From: Fimbriimonadales bacterium
GTDB taxonomy: Bacteria > Armatimonadota > Fimbriimonadia > Fimbriimonadales > JABRVX01
Direction: 5' to 3'
Assembly (NCBI GenBank): GCA_045862955.1
Contig: BTVI01000029.1
Span: 1 to 42,202 of the forward strand
Length of the DNA stretch: 42,202 nt
Both the position numbers and the translations under genes were made by a program. How positions within the stretch are numbered: the stretch's first letter is position 1; every line of letters starts with the position of its first letter. Of this stretch, positions 1-8,610 are shown in pieces. The notes under the pieces were generated by a model. That model saw nothing but the letters and a program-made list of their open reading frames with translations, was not told the DNA's origin and did no database searches.

Positions 1-530
1 CGTTCCCTCCGCGCTGCTTGGCGGCGGACGCGGGCCGGGGCATGGAATATCCCTCCCGGGGCCGGGCTGCCCCGGCGCGGTCCTCGGGTTCGCTTCGTTC
101 CCTCCGCGCTGCTTGGCGGCGGACGCGGGCCGGGGCATGGAATATTCCTCCCGGGGCCGGGCTGCCCCGGCGCGGTCCTCGGGTTCGCTTCGTTCCCTCC
201 GAGCTGCTTGGCGGCGGACGCGGGCCGGGGCATGGAATGCCGTCCACGACGCAGCCCCGGCGCGGTCCTCGGGTTCGCTTCGTTCCCTCCGCGCTGCTTG
301 GCGGCGGACGCGGGCCGGGGCATGGAATGCCGTCCACGACCCAGCCCCGGCGCGGTCCTCGGGTTCGCTTCGTTCCCTCCGCGCTGCTTGGCGGCGGACG
401 CGGGCCGGGGCATGGAATAGCATCGGATGCCGACGGCGAGGGCACGGCTGTCCCGACTCCTGCCCCGGCGCGGTCCTGGGGTTCGTAGCGGGCGGTTCGT
501 GGGTGCAGAGCGGCGGACGCGGGCCGAGGT
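1..530. repeat. Tandem array of ~75-bp palindromic (REP/BIME-like) units with 15-20 bp linkers, truncated by the window start
   Basis: CGTTCCCTCCG recurs at 1, 96, 191, 281 and 371 (periods 95, 95, 90, 90). Each unit is bounded by GCCCCGGC...GCCGGGGC. A degenerate copy lies at ~462-530. Confidence 0.92.
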
Positions 531-656
531 TCAGCGGGCCCTCAACAGGCCCCCGTGCGGGAATCCAGTGTTCGGACCGCGAACGAGCCCTCTGAGCGAC
601 ACCACGAGAGAGGTACGAGCAGCGTGGCGCCGAAGACCTCGGCCAGCGCCGCTGGT

Positions 657-2459
657 CTAGCGCCCCCCGGGCTTTACGGGAGCGGGAGCGGTGCCTTCGG
701 GCTTCCGTTCGGTGGTAGCGGCTCCCCCGGCATCCTTCTTCTTCGCAGCCTCGGCGGCGCGGCGCTCCTCGGCGCGCTTCCGCTGCTCTTCGGCCCGCTT
801 CCGATCTTCCTCCTCGCGCTGCATCTGTCGAAGCCTCGCTTCGCGCGCCCGTTCGGCGAACTTCTTGGTCGTCTCCTCCAGCTTGGCCAGCTCTTCAGAC
901 TTGTACCCGGCGGCCTTTATGGCAGAGAGGTGAGACTGCACGCGCCAGTGAACTTGCTGGTCCTCCGGGCTGTTCGGATTCCATGCGAACTTCGCCATGG
1001 CGGTGAGCTGGGCGATGGCTGCCTTGTAGTTCTTGTCCTTCAGGTACTCCTGGACGAGCATCTCGCGGGCGTTCGCGTCCTCGTACTGGCGCAGAGCCGC
1101 GGTTAGCGCTTCGCGGTATACGGCCTGCATCCGCTCCTTTTCCTTGAGGTCGGTAAGATCTGGGCTGCTTACGAGTTGCTGTGCAAGGACCATGCGCATC
1201 AGCATGGCGGGCTCAGGAACGCCCTTCTTGGAGTTCAGCAACTCAGTGGCTTCGTCCACGAGCTTGATGTACTGGGCGTTGCGCTCCTTGGGGCTGGGCG
1301 GAGTGGCCGCGAAGCTGGCCCTCCAGTCGTATTGGACCAGCCTGTACAGCAACTGCCACGTGGGCTCTTTGAACTCGACCTTGGCGTTCAGCACGATGCT
1401 GCGTTGCCATTCCTGAACCTTCTCGCGCCGACGCTCCTCTCGGAACTGGTCTAGGTAGAAGTCCTTCTTCTTATCGTAGTCGTCCGGCAGCTTCGGCGTC
1501 ACGGATGTGATCTTGTATATGGCGTAGTCCTCTCCCAGCTTAATGATCCCCGACACGTAACCCACGTCTTTGTCCGCCAGAGGCTTCAGGACAGGCAGGC
1601 GGGCCAGCGTGGTACGGTCGAGCGGTGCAGTTTCGCCCTTTTTCAGTTGCTGGCCAGGTAGCCCTGTCGGCTCCTCGTCGCTGTATTGCTCTACGAGCTT
1701 GTCGAAGTCCTCGCCCGCCTTCAGCTTGGCCTGAACTTCCTCGATTCGCTTCTTGGGGTCGACGTTCTTGACGGACTTGACAAGGATGCGGCGCAGGCCG
1801 ACCTGCTCGCGACCCTTCTTGTAGGTCGCCTCGTCTACCTTGACGGAGTCCATCACCCGCTTCTGCAACTCCTGAACCGCAGCGGAGGCAAAGAGGCTTT
1901 GTCGCCCCTCCTCGGACTTCAGCATCTCGTCGATACGGGCGCGCTGCTCTTGGAGCACCGTCTCCCATCTGCGGCCGGTCTCTTTGCGATAGACCTCGAG
2001 CAGTTCCTTCTCGGAGGCGCCTTCCTTCAGCTTCTTCTGCTCCACGAACTGCTTCCGCATCTGCGCCAGCTGTTCTTTGGCGCTTTCGTCGAAGAGGTCG
2101 TACACCGTCTTCTCGTCCACGTTGATGCCCTGTCGAGCCGCGTCGGCCAGCATCGCGTTCTCCATCACCAGCTCCGAGACGACCTGGCGATAGGCTCCGA
2201 ATGCGGCGTCGGGAGTAAGGCGACCCGCCTGCTGCTGTGCCTGGTCGAGAGCGGCCTTCAGCCGGCGGGAGAACTCCTCGCCGCTGACCTTCCGCCCTTC
2301 GATCACCGCGAACACGTACTGCTCGCCAGGACGAGCGCCGAACCCGCCGCCCCTGCCGAAGTAGAGGCCCATGGATGCCAGCATGAGTACCGATAGGCCG
2401 ACCATGATCCAGCCCATCTGTTTTCCGAGGAAGTTCCGAAGGCCCGTTACCGATATCAT
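657..2459 (-). CDS. Membrane-anchored SurA/PpiD-like chaperone (SurA N-terminal domain plus parvulin-like PPIase) with charged C-terminal extension
   Basis: 600-aa ORF with an N-terminal TM helix, a SurA_N-like segment (AVIEGRKVS...ELVMENAMLADAARQGINVDEK) and a parvulin-like segment (LRRILVK...LKAGEDFDKLVEQYSD). Confidence 0.75.
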   Translation of the reverse strand: MISVTGLRNFLGKQMGWIMVGLSVLMLASMGLYFGRGGGFGARPGEQYVFAVIEGRKVSGEEFSRRLKAALDQAQQQAGRLTPDAAFGAYRQVVSELVMENAMLADAARQGINVDEKTVYDLFDESAKEQLAQMRKQFVEQKKLKEGASEKELLEVYRKETGRRWETVLQEQRARIDEMLKSEEGRQSLFASAAVQELQKRVMDSVKVDEATYKKGREQVGLRRILVKSVKNVDPKKRIEEVQAKLKAGEDFDKLVEQYSDEEPTGLPGQQLKKGETAPLDRTTLARLPVLKPLADKDVGYVSGIIKLGEDYAIYKITSVTPKLPDDYDKKKDFYLDQFREERRREKVQEWQRSIVLNAKVEFKEPTWQLLYRLVQYDWRASFAATPPSPKERNAQYIKLVDEATELLNSKKGVPEPAMLMRMVLAQQLVSSPDLTDLKEKERMQAVYREALTAALRQYEDANAREMLVQEYLKDKNYKAAIAQLTAMAKFAWNPNSPEDQQVHWRVQSHLSAIKAAGYKSEELAKLEETTKKFAERAREARLRQMQREEEDRKRAEEQRKRAEERRAAEAAKKKDAGGAATTERKPEGTAPAPVKPGGR

Positions 2460-2571
2460 TCCCGCCTGCGACTCCTAGAATCCGGTTCTCTCTATAGTTA
2501 TCGTACGAAAGCCGCCCATTGTAGCACGGGAACCTGTGGGGCCTGGAGGGGAGAGGGAGCGGCGGCAGTAC

Positions 2572-2601
2572 TTGACAAACCACTCGACATGCGTATACAC
2601 T
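2572..2601 (+). promoter_or_regulatory. sigma70-type promoter of lexA
   Basis: TTGACA (2572-2577), N18, TACACT (2596-2601), upstream of SD-like AAAGGGG and the GTG at 2626. Confidence 0.7.
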
Positions 2602-2625
2602 AAGGGGACGGAAAGGGGTTTACAC

Positions 2626-3255
2626 GTGACACGCGGACTAACCTCCAAGCAGGCAGCGATCCTTCAGTGGCTGGTGGACTACCAGCAAAAGAACGGGTAC
2701 CCCCCCTCGATTCGGGAGATCGGCAAGGCATCCAACATCGGCAGTCTCCGAGGCGTGACCGTACACCTCGACGCTCTTCAGCGCAAGGGATACATCGAGC
2801 GCGGCAACACTCCGAGAAGCATTCGCATCGTCCATCCCGAGTACCAGCCGGAGCAACAGGTTGTTCTCCTCCCGTTGGTGGGAACGATTGCCGCAGGCTC
2901 GCCGATCTACGCCTCGGAAAATGTCGAGGACCGCATCCCAGTGCCGAGCCAGATGGTGCGGAACGTGCGTGACGCGTTCCTGCTTCGAGTCAAGGGCGAC
3001 AGCATGACGGGTGCGGGCATTCTGCCTCGCGACCTCGTGGTGATCAAGCCACAGCAGTCTGCCAATAACGGGGACCTGGTGGCGGTGCTCCTGGGCGACG
3101 AAGCCACGGTGAAACGGCTGCACTTCGACCGAAACTCGGTGTGGCTGGAACCCGCGAACCCCGCATACGAGCGCATCCCCATCCAGCAAGAGGACGCTCG
3201 GGTAATCGGAAAGGTCATCGGCCTACTCCGGGACTACGAAGGCATGGCGTTCTGA
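2626..3255 (+). CDS. lexA: SOS transcriptional repressor LexA
   Basis: wHTH (LTSKQ...GYPPSIREIG), cleavage site IAAG, catalytic Ser (GDSM) and Lys (ATVKR). Start placed at GTG 2626 behind the SD. Confidence 0.96.
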   Translation: MTRGLTSKQAAILQWLVDYQQKNGYPPSIREIGKASNIGSLRGVTVHLDALQRKGYIERGNTPRSIRIVHPEYQPEQQVVLLPLVGTIAAGSPIYASENVEDRIPVPSQMVRNVRDAFLLRVKGDSMTGAGILPRDLVVIKPQQSANNGDLVAVLLGDEATVKRLHFDRNSVWLEPANPAYERIPIQQEDARVIGKVIGLLRDYEGMAF

Positions 3256-3263
3256 ACGGGTGC

Positions 3264-3932
3264 CTATCGCTCGGCGAAGGGCTTCTTGGGCTTAGTAATG
3301 GAATACGAGGCGACGTAGTCGGGAACCAGCGCGTGTGCAGGTACTACTTCGCCTCGAAGCGCGCGGGGCACCGCGACCCGCGCGACCGATGTCGCCGACG
3401 GATAGCTGAACCCGACCTGCTCGCACCCTTCTGGCAGTTGGTCCCACTCCACAGGAGAAGTAACGAACACGGGAGGTCTCTGGGCAGCTTCGGCGAGTGC
3501 ATCCAGAGCCTCGTCATGCGACAGCATCCGCAGACTGCCGTCCCTCTTCCCGTGCCGATACATTCCGAGATACAGGTGCCCCGCCTTCGCTGGTAAGAGA
3601 CAAACCAACACGTCTGCAGCGCGGACGTCTGCGGACATGGCGTCCAGGGACCCCACCCCCACCGTCGGTACTCCTAGACTGTGGGCTAGCGTCTTCGCCA
3701 GCGTCACCGCGATCTTCACTCCCGTGAACGATCCGGGCCCCACGCATGCAGCAAACACGTCCACGCTGGACAGGCTCCAATCGCATGTGCCGAGCAGCGA
3801 CTGAAGCGAGCCGAGCATCGGGCCGGCTACCGCGTTTCCCAAGTCGCCGGACCAATCCATAAAAGGCCCGTTCTCGTCTGCCAGTGCGACGCTGCACCGC
3901 GGCCCGTTGGCCTCAAAGGCGACCAGACGCAA
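3264..3932 (-). CDS. tsaB: tRNA threonylcarbamoyladenosine biosynthesis protein TsaB
   Basis: GPGSFTGVKI motif and N-terminal CSVAL. TTG start at 3932 behind GGAGGAG, overlapping the tsaE end. Confidence 0.92.
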   Translation of the reverse strand: MRLVAFEANGPRCSVALADENGPFMDWSGDLGNAVAGPMLGSLQSLLGTCDWSLSSVDVFAACVGPGSFTGVKIAVTLAKTLAHSLGVPTVGVGSLDAMSADVRAADVLVCLLPAKAGHLYLGMYRHGKRDGSLRMLSHDEALDALAEAAQRPPVFVTSPVEWDQLPEGCEQVGFSYPSATSVARVAVPRALRGEVVPAHALVPDYVASYSITKPKKPFAER

Positions 3933-4392
3933 AGTGCTCCTCCACGCAGGCCAGCAGTTCCTCGGAGCGAGGTCCGCGCGCGCGCAACTCGATGTCACGC
4001 TCCGTCTCGCCTGCGAATGCGAACTCGATCCACAGTGCATCGTCGGGGAACGCCTCGAGCGCCCTGTCCGGCCACTCCAGTACGAGGGCATGGCGGATCA
4101 ACAGGTCGTCTAGTCCGAGGGCCTCGACTTCCTCGAGCTTCGTGAGCCGGTACAGGTCCGCGTGAGCCAGAGGGGGTGACGTGCGGTATTCGTGGACGAG
4201 GTTGAACGAAGGGCTGCGGATCGGTCCTTCCACTCCGAGCGCGCGCGCGAGGCCCCGCACGAACGTCGTCTTGCCGCATCCTAGGGGCCCGTCGAGTAGC
4301 ACGGCGTCTCCCGCTTCCAGCCGGTTCGCGAGTGCCGCACCGAGGCGCATCGTTTCTTCCGGCGAGGTCGTGTGGACTTTTAGCGCTCGCAT
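3913..4392 (-). CDS. tsaE: tRNA threonylcarbamoyladenosine biosynthesis ATPase TsaE
   Basis: GPLGCGKTTF, SPSFNLVHEY, HADLYRL and LEWP motifs. Confidence 0.96.
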   Translation of the reverse strand: MRALKVHTTSPEETMRLGAALANRLEAGDAVLLDGPLGCGKTTFVRGLARALGVEGPIRSPSFNLVHEYRTSPPLAHADLYRLTKLEEVEALGLDDLLIRHALVLEWPDRALEAFPDDALWIEFAFAGETERDIELRARGPRSEELLACVEEHFASGRL

Positions 4393-4727
4393 AAGTCTCT
4401 CACTGCACTTACGATGTCCGTCATGGCTTGCGAGTTCGAGAGGATGCGGTCGCAGCCGATGCGCTTGCCGAGCGCAATTAGCTCGGTCTCGCGCCCTCCC
4501 GCATGGCCGATCAGCTTTGCATGCGCCTGCCGCGCTCTATCGGCTGCCGTCGGCACATCGAACGAGCGGGAGCCGAGGTTCAGCACCATCACGTCGCACG
4601 CGAACGCCTCCGGCAGGCCGCCGTCTGCAACCTGCACGTGGTATCCCGCCCCCTCGAGCATGGATCTCAATCGCGCCGAAAACATCAGATTGTCTTCCGC
4701 TAGGAACACAGTGATGGGCCTGTCCAT
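4380..4727 (-). CDS. Stand-alone receiver (CheY-like) fold protein, probably non-phosphorylatable
   Basis: MDRPITVFLAEDNLMF...DVMVLNLG pattern with Asn at the expected acceptor Asp. TATAAT lies 9 nt upstream of the ATG and the ORF overlaps the tsaE start. Confidence 0.65.
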   Translation of the reverse strand: MDRPITVFLAEDNLMFSARLRSMLEGAGYHVQVADGGLPEAFACDVMVLNLGSRSFDVPTAADRARQAHAKLIGHAGGRETELIALGKRIGCDRILSNSQAMTDIVSAVRDLCER

Positions 4728-4770
4728 TTCCGCTGGATTATAGCCGTCCTCGGGGCCGCCACCTGGGACG

Positions 4771-4800
4771 TTGACATTCTGAGGCCGCCGAACGTACAGT
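4771..4800 (+). promoter_or_regulatory. sigma70-type promoter, probably leaderless
   Basis: TTGACA, N18, TACAGT, then 6 nt to the GTG at 4807. Confidence 0.65.
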
Positions 4801-4806
4801 AAGAAC

Positions 4807-5250
4807 GTGGAGAAGCGAATCCAGAAGAGACCGAAACGCGGAGTGCGCGCTGCGGGCATCATCGTAATGTGGGGGGTCGCTCCCGCACTCTTTTTCGTTC
4901 TCGGATTCTTCGTACTAGGACCGTGGTATGCCAACGCGGGGTGGTTTCAGAAGCCTCCTGCGCCTGCCGTGGACCAGCAACAGGCTTCGGATGATCCGGC
5001 CCGAGGCCCTTGGTTCGACGAGTCGGCTATCCCTGACCGTCTCGGGCCCGTCGGCGGGGGCACCTACACCCGAGTGCGTAAGCCTCGGGCCTCCGTAGAG
5101 CGCGCGAAGCAGGTCGAGAGCCCGCCCGCAATCGAAGAGCAGGCAACTCCCGATGTGGGAGAGGTCGACGTGCCCGAGGAGGTGCCGGTACACGAAGCAC
5201 CACCCGTAGACAGTGGCTCGGGAGTGCAGCCCCCAGACTCGATTGACTAG
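4807..5250 (+). CDS. Hypothetical single-pass membrane protein with Pro/Glu-rich disordered tail
   Basis: Basic N-terminus, hydrophobic helix (aa ~16-40) and low-complexity tail. It has its own promoter and converges on the PMM gene with a 4-bp stop overlap. Confidence 0.7.
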   Translation: MEKRIQKRPKRGVRAAGIIVMWGVAPALFFVLGFFVLGPWYANAGWFQKPPAPAVDQQQASDDPARGPWFDESAIPDRLGPVGGGTYTRVRKPRASVERAKQVESPPAIEEQATPDVGEVDVPEEVPVHEAPPVDSGSGVQPPDSID

Positions 5251-6626
5251 GCGCCCCGTTGGCGCCAGTCTTCGAGCAACCGGTTCAGCAGCGTCTCGGC
5301 TTCTTCCCGGACCGGCTCTGGCAGCAGCACCAGAAAGCGCTGGGCTCCCTCCCGCAAGGCTTCCTCAGACGTCCCCTCGAAGCGCAGAGCCAAGACCGGC
5401 TCGGTAACCGACGCTCTCGCGATGCCCCAGCACTCGGGCCAGTCGGCGCGAACACCGTCGGTGATAGTCAGGTCGGCCTCCCCGTCCAGGCCGGCGCGGA
5501 TGGCATCAATCACTTGCTTCCTGCCCTGCGGATACGGCAGGCGGATTTCGGGCAGCGTCACGTAGTGCGGAAGGCTGTCGAGCCGCCCTCGCAGGTCCCC
5601 CCAGCGCGGCAGCATCGAGGCCACGAGCAGTGCGGCGAACAAACCGTCGTCTCCTCCGGCAAGCTCCTCGAAGAAGAAGTGGCCGCTGACCTCCCCGCCG
5701 AACAGCGCGCGCTCGCGGATCATGCGCGACTTCATGCAGGTATGTCCAGAACGCTCCGCCAGTGCGATCCCGCCTGCACGCTCCACTGTCTCCGGCACCA
5801 CGCGGGACGTTTTCAGGTCGTGAATGACGGTACGCCCCGGCGCGTCTCGTAACAGCTCGCTCGCTAAGAGTGCAAGCATCTGGTCGGGCTCCACCACTCT
5901 GCCATCCGGCGTTAGGAACGCGACGCGATCTCCGTCGCCGTCGAACGCGACGCCTAGCTCGGCCGAGCCAGAGCGAACCGCCTCGGAGAGGGCACGCAGA
6001 TTCTCCGGATCAGTCGGACTGGGGGCCCGGTTCGGGAACGTCCCGTCCGGTTCGCAGAACACTTCGATCACGTCGCAGCCCAAAGAGCGGAACACCCGCG
6101 GGGCGAGCTCGCAGAGGGACCCGTTGCCTGCATCCACCGCCACTCGAATTGGCGTCATGCCACGAAAACGTTCGATCAGAGCCTGTGCGTATGCGTCGGG
6201 GCCGCCGACACGCACACACGCTCCCTGACCGGACGGCTCCCACCGCCTAGCGCTGAGTATCTCCAAGCGGGTCAGGTCCGCCTGCGAGATGGGGAGTCGG
6301 TTCACTTGGGGTTTGAAGCCGTTGTACTGGGGCGGGTTGTGCGAGCCCGTCACCATCACGCCGGGAGTGACGCCGAGCCGCGCCTTTTCGAAGTAGTAAG
6401 CTGGCGTGGGCAGGCTGCCCAGATCGAGCACCCGGCGGCCTCCGGCCATGAGCCCGGCGATAAGTGCTTCCTTCAGAGGCTGCGTGCTCGGGCGGAGGTC
6501 GCCCGCGACTGCCACGGCACCAGGCTCCGCAAGCGCAGCGATTGCCCTCCCGAGCTTGTGTGCGAGGTTCTCGTTCACTTCCTCGGGATACACGCCGCGA
6601 ACGTCGCAGGACTTGAAGGGGCTCAT
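5247..6626 (-). CDS. Phosphomannomutase/phosphoglucomutase
   Basis: FKSCDVRG, TGSHNP (phospho-Ser), FDGDGDR (metal loop), GEVSGH and RASVTEP motifs. Start MSPFK at 6626. Confidence 0.95.
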   Translation of the reverse strand: MSPFKSCDVRGVYPEEVNENLAHKLGRAIAALAEPGAVAVAGDLRPSTQPLKEALIAGLMAGGRRVLDLGSLPTPAYYFEKARLGVTPGVMVTGSHNPPQYNGFKPQVNRLPISQADLTRLEILSARRWEPSGQGACVRVGGPDAYAQALIERFRGMTPIRVAVDAGNGSLCELAPRVFRSLGCDVIEVFCEPDGTFPNRAPSPTDPENLRALSEAVRSGSAELGVAFDGDGDRVAFLTPDGRVVEPDQMLALLASELLRDAPGRTVIHDLKTSRVVPETVERAGGIALAERSGHTCMKSRMIRERALFGGEVSGHFFFEELAGGDDGLFAALLVASMLPRWGDLRGRLDSLPHYVTLPEIRLPYPQGRKQVIDAIRAGLDGEADLTITDGVRADWPECWGIARASVTEPVLALRFEGTSEEALREGAQRFLVLLPEPVREEAETLLNRLLEDWRQRGA

Positions 6627-6702
6627 CGCGCTCTTCCCTGTTTCGGATTGTGCCACAAATAGCGCGGGCCCTTCGGCAGAGCGACAGTGGTATGCTCCCC
6701 GC

Positions 6703-7521
6703 ATGCTGATCCGACTAGGACATAGCCCGGACTCCGATGACGCGTTCATGTTCTGGGGACTCGCGTCCGGAAAGGTACGGACGGACCTTCAGTTCGAGCA
6801 CATCTTGCGGGACATCCAAACCCTGAACGACTGGGCCCAGGAGGGCCGTCTGGAGTGCACCGCCGTTTCCGTCCACGCGTTTGCCCACCTCACAGATCGG
6901 TACGCTCTGCTGCTGCACGGTGGCAGCTTCGGGGACGGATACGGACCGATGCTCGTCGCTTGCGACCGCAACGTGGACCCGAAGGATCAGGTGATCGCCG
7001 TTCCGGGACTCAGGACCAGCGCCTACCTCGCTCTGCAGCTCTATCTTCCGGGTTGTCGGGTTGAAGTGGTCCCCTTCGACCGCATCGTCCCTGAGGTGCT
7101 GACTGGACGGTATGCCGTGGGCCTGATCATTCACGAGAGCCAGCTGACTCACGAGCGAGAGGGCCTAACTATGCTGCGCGACCTGGGCGCTTGGTGGGGA
7201 GAAGAGACGGGGCTTCCCTTGCCCCTCGGCGTGAACGTAGTGCGGCGAGACCTCGGCATAGACGTCATGCGCAAGGTGTCGGATGCGCTGCGGGCCAGCA
7301 TCGAAGCGGGGCTGGCCCATCGAGAGGAGGCGCTCGCCTACGCACTCCGCTTTGCTCGCGGGATGGACACGGAGACGGCCGACCGGTTCGTCGGCATGTA
7401 CGTGAACGAGATGACGCTCGACATGGGTGAGCGAGGCCTGGGCGCCATTCGGGAGTTCTTGGCGCGCGGAGCCGCGGCCGGTCTAGTTCCCTCTGCGGAG
7501 TTCGAGGTCGTTCCGGAGTGA
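6703..7521 (+). CDS. mqnD: 1,4-dihydroxy-6-naphthoate synthase (futalosine menaquinone pathway, MqnA/MqnD family)
   Basis: IRLGHSPDSDDAFMF, GLIIHE, DLGAWW, LPLPLG and MYVN motifs. TGGTATGCT extended -10 lies 6 nt before the ATG. Confidence 0.88.
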   Translation: MLIRLGHSPDSDDAFMFWGLASGKVRTDLQFEHILRDIQTLNDWAQEGRLECTAVSVHAFAHLTDRYALLLHGGSFGDGYGPMLVACDRNVDPKDQVIAVPGLRTSAYLALQLYLPGCRVEVVPFDRIVPEVLTGRYAVGLIIHESQLTHEREGLTMLRDLGAWWGEETGLPLPLGVNVVRRDLGIDVMRKVSDALRASIEAGLAHREEALAYALRFARGMDTETADRFVGMYVNEMTLDMGERGLGAIREFLARGAAAGLVPSAEFEVVPE

Positions 7522-7567
7522 ACGGGGCATTCGGAAGAATTCGTTCGATTCCACATCGCCTGTGGGG

Positions 7568-7596
7568 TTGACAACCCGAGAGATCGCGTTTATACT
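7568..7596 (+). promoter_or_regulatory. Near-consensus sigma70 promoter of PEP-CTERM gene 1
   Basis: TTGACA, N17, TATACT. Confidence 0.85.
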
Positions 7597-7601
7597 GGAA
7601 G

Positions 7602-7825
7602 GATAAGGAGCCGGCTGGAAGGGCTCCCGAGGCTAGTTGCTGTTACGGGCTCGCTGGACGGGCCCCGGTAATGCGGCCTTATCTCGCGAGATGCTTTGCT
7701 TCCCTCGGCTCGAACGAGTCGGTCGAGGGAAGGGTCGTGAACGGGACACTGATTCAGCCCCGTTGAGTTCCTACCTGTTGGTGGAATACAGGCCGGGTTT
7801 CCGGCTGGAAGTTTGGATACTTCCT
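7602..7825 (+). ncRNA. Candidate structured 5' leader (cis-regulatory RNA) of PEP-CTERM gene 1
   Basis: Successive inverted repeats fill the interval between promoter and ATG (see findings). No recognised family. Confidence 0.45.
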
Positions 7826-8503
7826 ATGAAGGGACTGAAAACGTGGAGGCTGGCTGCGGCCGCAGTCGTGCTCGCGTGCGTCTCATCGGTATCCGCCGCT
7901 GATCTGTACATGTCATGGACCTGCACCCTAGACGGTTCCTTGGGTCAGGGGGCGTATGGTCAGTTCAGCGGATCGACGGTAATCGGTGGGAACACCATCC
8001 ACGACATCTATGGAGACTTCTTCTTCCCCAACGGCATAGTTGGTAACGGCAGCGGCCAGGCGATCGGGACCATCACGATCACCTGTGACGTTGTCGCCCC
8101 GGAAGGAGTGTTCATCCATGATGTTAACATCTTCGACATCGGACAGATCATCCCGGGTGTACACGCGACGACGCCGTGGTACGCCTGGACTGAGCTGATC
8201 CTCGACATCACCGATCCCAACAATCCGGTGACACTCGTCTCGGATTCTGGGGTGGAGTACAGCCTTCCGCAGCAGCGCTATTATCAGTTCACGCCTACCC
8301 GCTTCCTCCGAATCAAGGAGGTCTACACGCTGGACGGCGTGACCTACACCGATGACTTCGGCAACACCGTAATTGACGATACGGCGCTGGTGGCACTGAT
8401 CCAGGTTCAGAAGGACCTGTCTCTCGTGCCCGAGCCGTCGTCGCTCACGGCACTCGGGGCCGGGTTGGTCGGTCTCGCAGCGATGCTCCGCAGGAGAAGG
8501 TAG
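7826..8503 (+). CDS. PEP-CTERM sorting-domain surface protein
   Basis: Signal peptide MKGLKTWRLAAAAVVLACVSSVSA and C-terminal VPEPSS, TM helix, RRRR. Confidence 0.92.
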   Translation: MKGLKTWRLAAAAVVLACVSSVSAADLYMSWTCTLDGSLGQGAYGQFSGSTVIGGNTIHDIYGDFFFPNGIVGNGSGQAIGTITITCDVVAPEGVFIHDVNIFDIGQIIPGVHATTPWYAWTELILDITDPNNPVTLVSDSGVEYSLPQQRYYQFTPTRFLRIKEVYTLDGVTYTDDFGNTVIDDTALVALIQVQKDLSLVPEPSSLTALGAGLVGLAAMLRRRR

Positions 8504-8530
8504 CACTCCGATCGAAACAATTGTGCGGGG

Positions 8531-8570
8531 GGCCCCCGGGGCATCGGCTCCGGGGGTCTAGTCTTATCTT
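8531..8570 (+). terminator. Probable intrinsic terminator
   Basis: 12-bp stem GGCCCCCGGGGC/GCTCCGGGGGTC (two G-U pairs) followed by T-rich TAGTCTTATCTT. Confidence 0.65.
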
Positions 8571-8610
8571 AATGGGGCTGTCAGAGGGTTGCGAGTCATA
8601 ATAACCGCGG

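Noticed and set aside
1..530. CRISPR array interpretation of the left-end repeats
   Set aside because: Repeats (~75 bp) are much longer than the linkers (15-20 bp), linkers are near-duplicates rather than unique spacers, and no cas genes are in the window.
18..595. ORFs 18..488, 113..595 and 208..420
   Set aside because: They are translations of the GC-rich repeat in several frames, with Arg/Ala/Gly-rich low complexity and no start signals.
1540..2583. Long alternative-frame and antisense ORFs here and elsewhere (e.g. 9675..10655, 12999..13943, 14138..15070, 21650..22666, 31706..32917)
   Set aside because: Shadow ORFs expected from high GC3 codon bias over well-supported genes, with no recognisable motifs.
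7602..7825. Known riboswitch (c-di-GMP-I/II, c-di-AMP, cobalamin, T-box) in either PEP-CTERM leader
   Set aside because: Diagnostic cores (GGCAAACC...GACGCAAAGC, B12 box, T-box bulge) were not found by eye, so the leaders are kept only as unclassified candidates.
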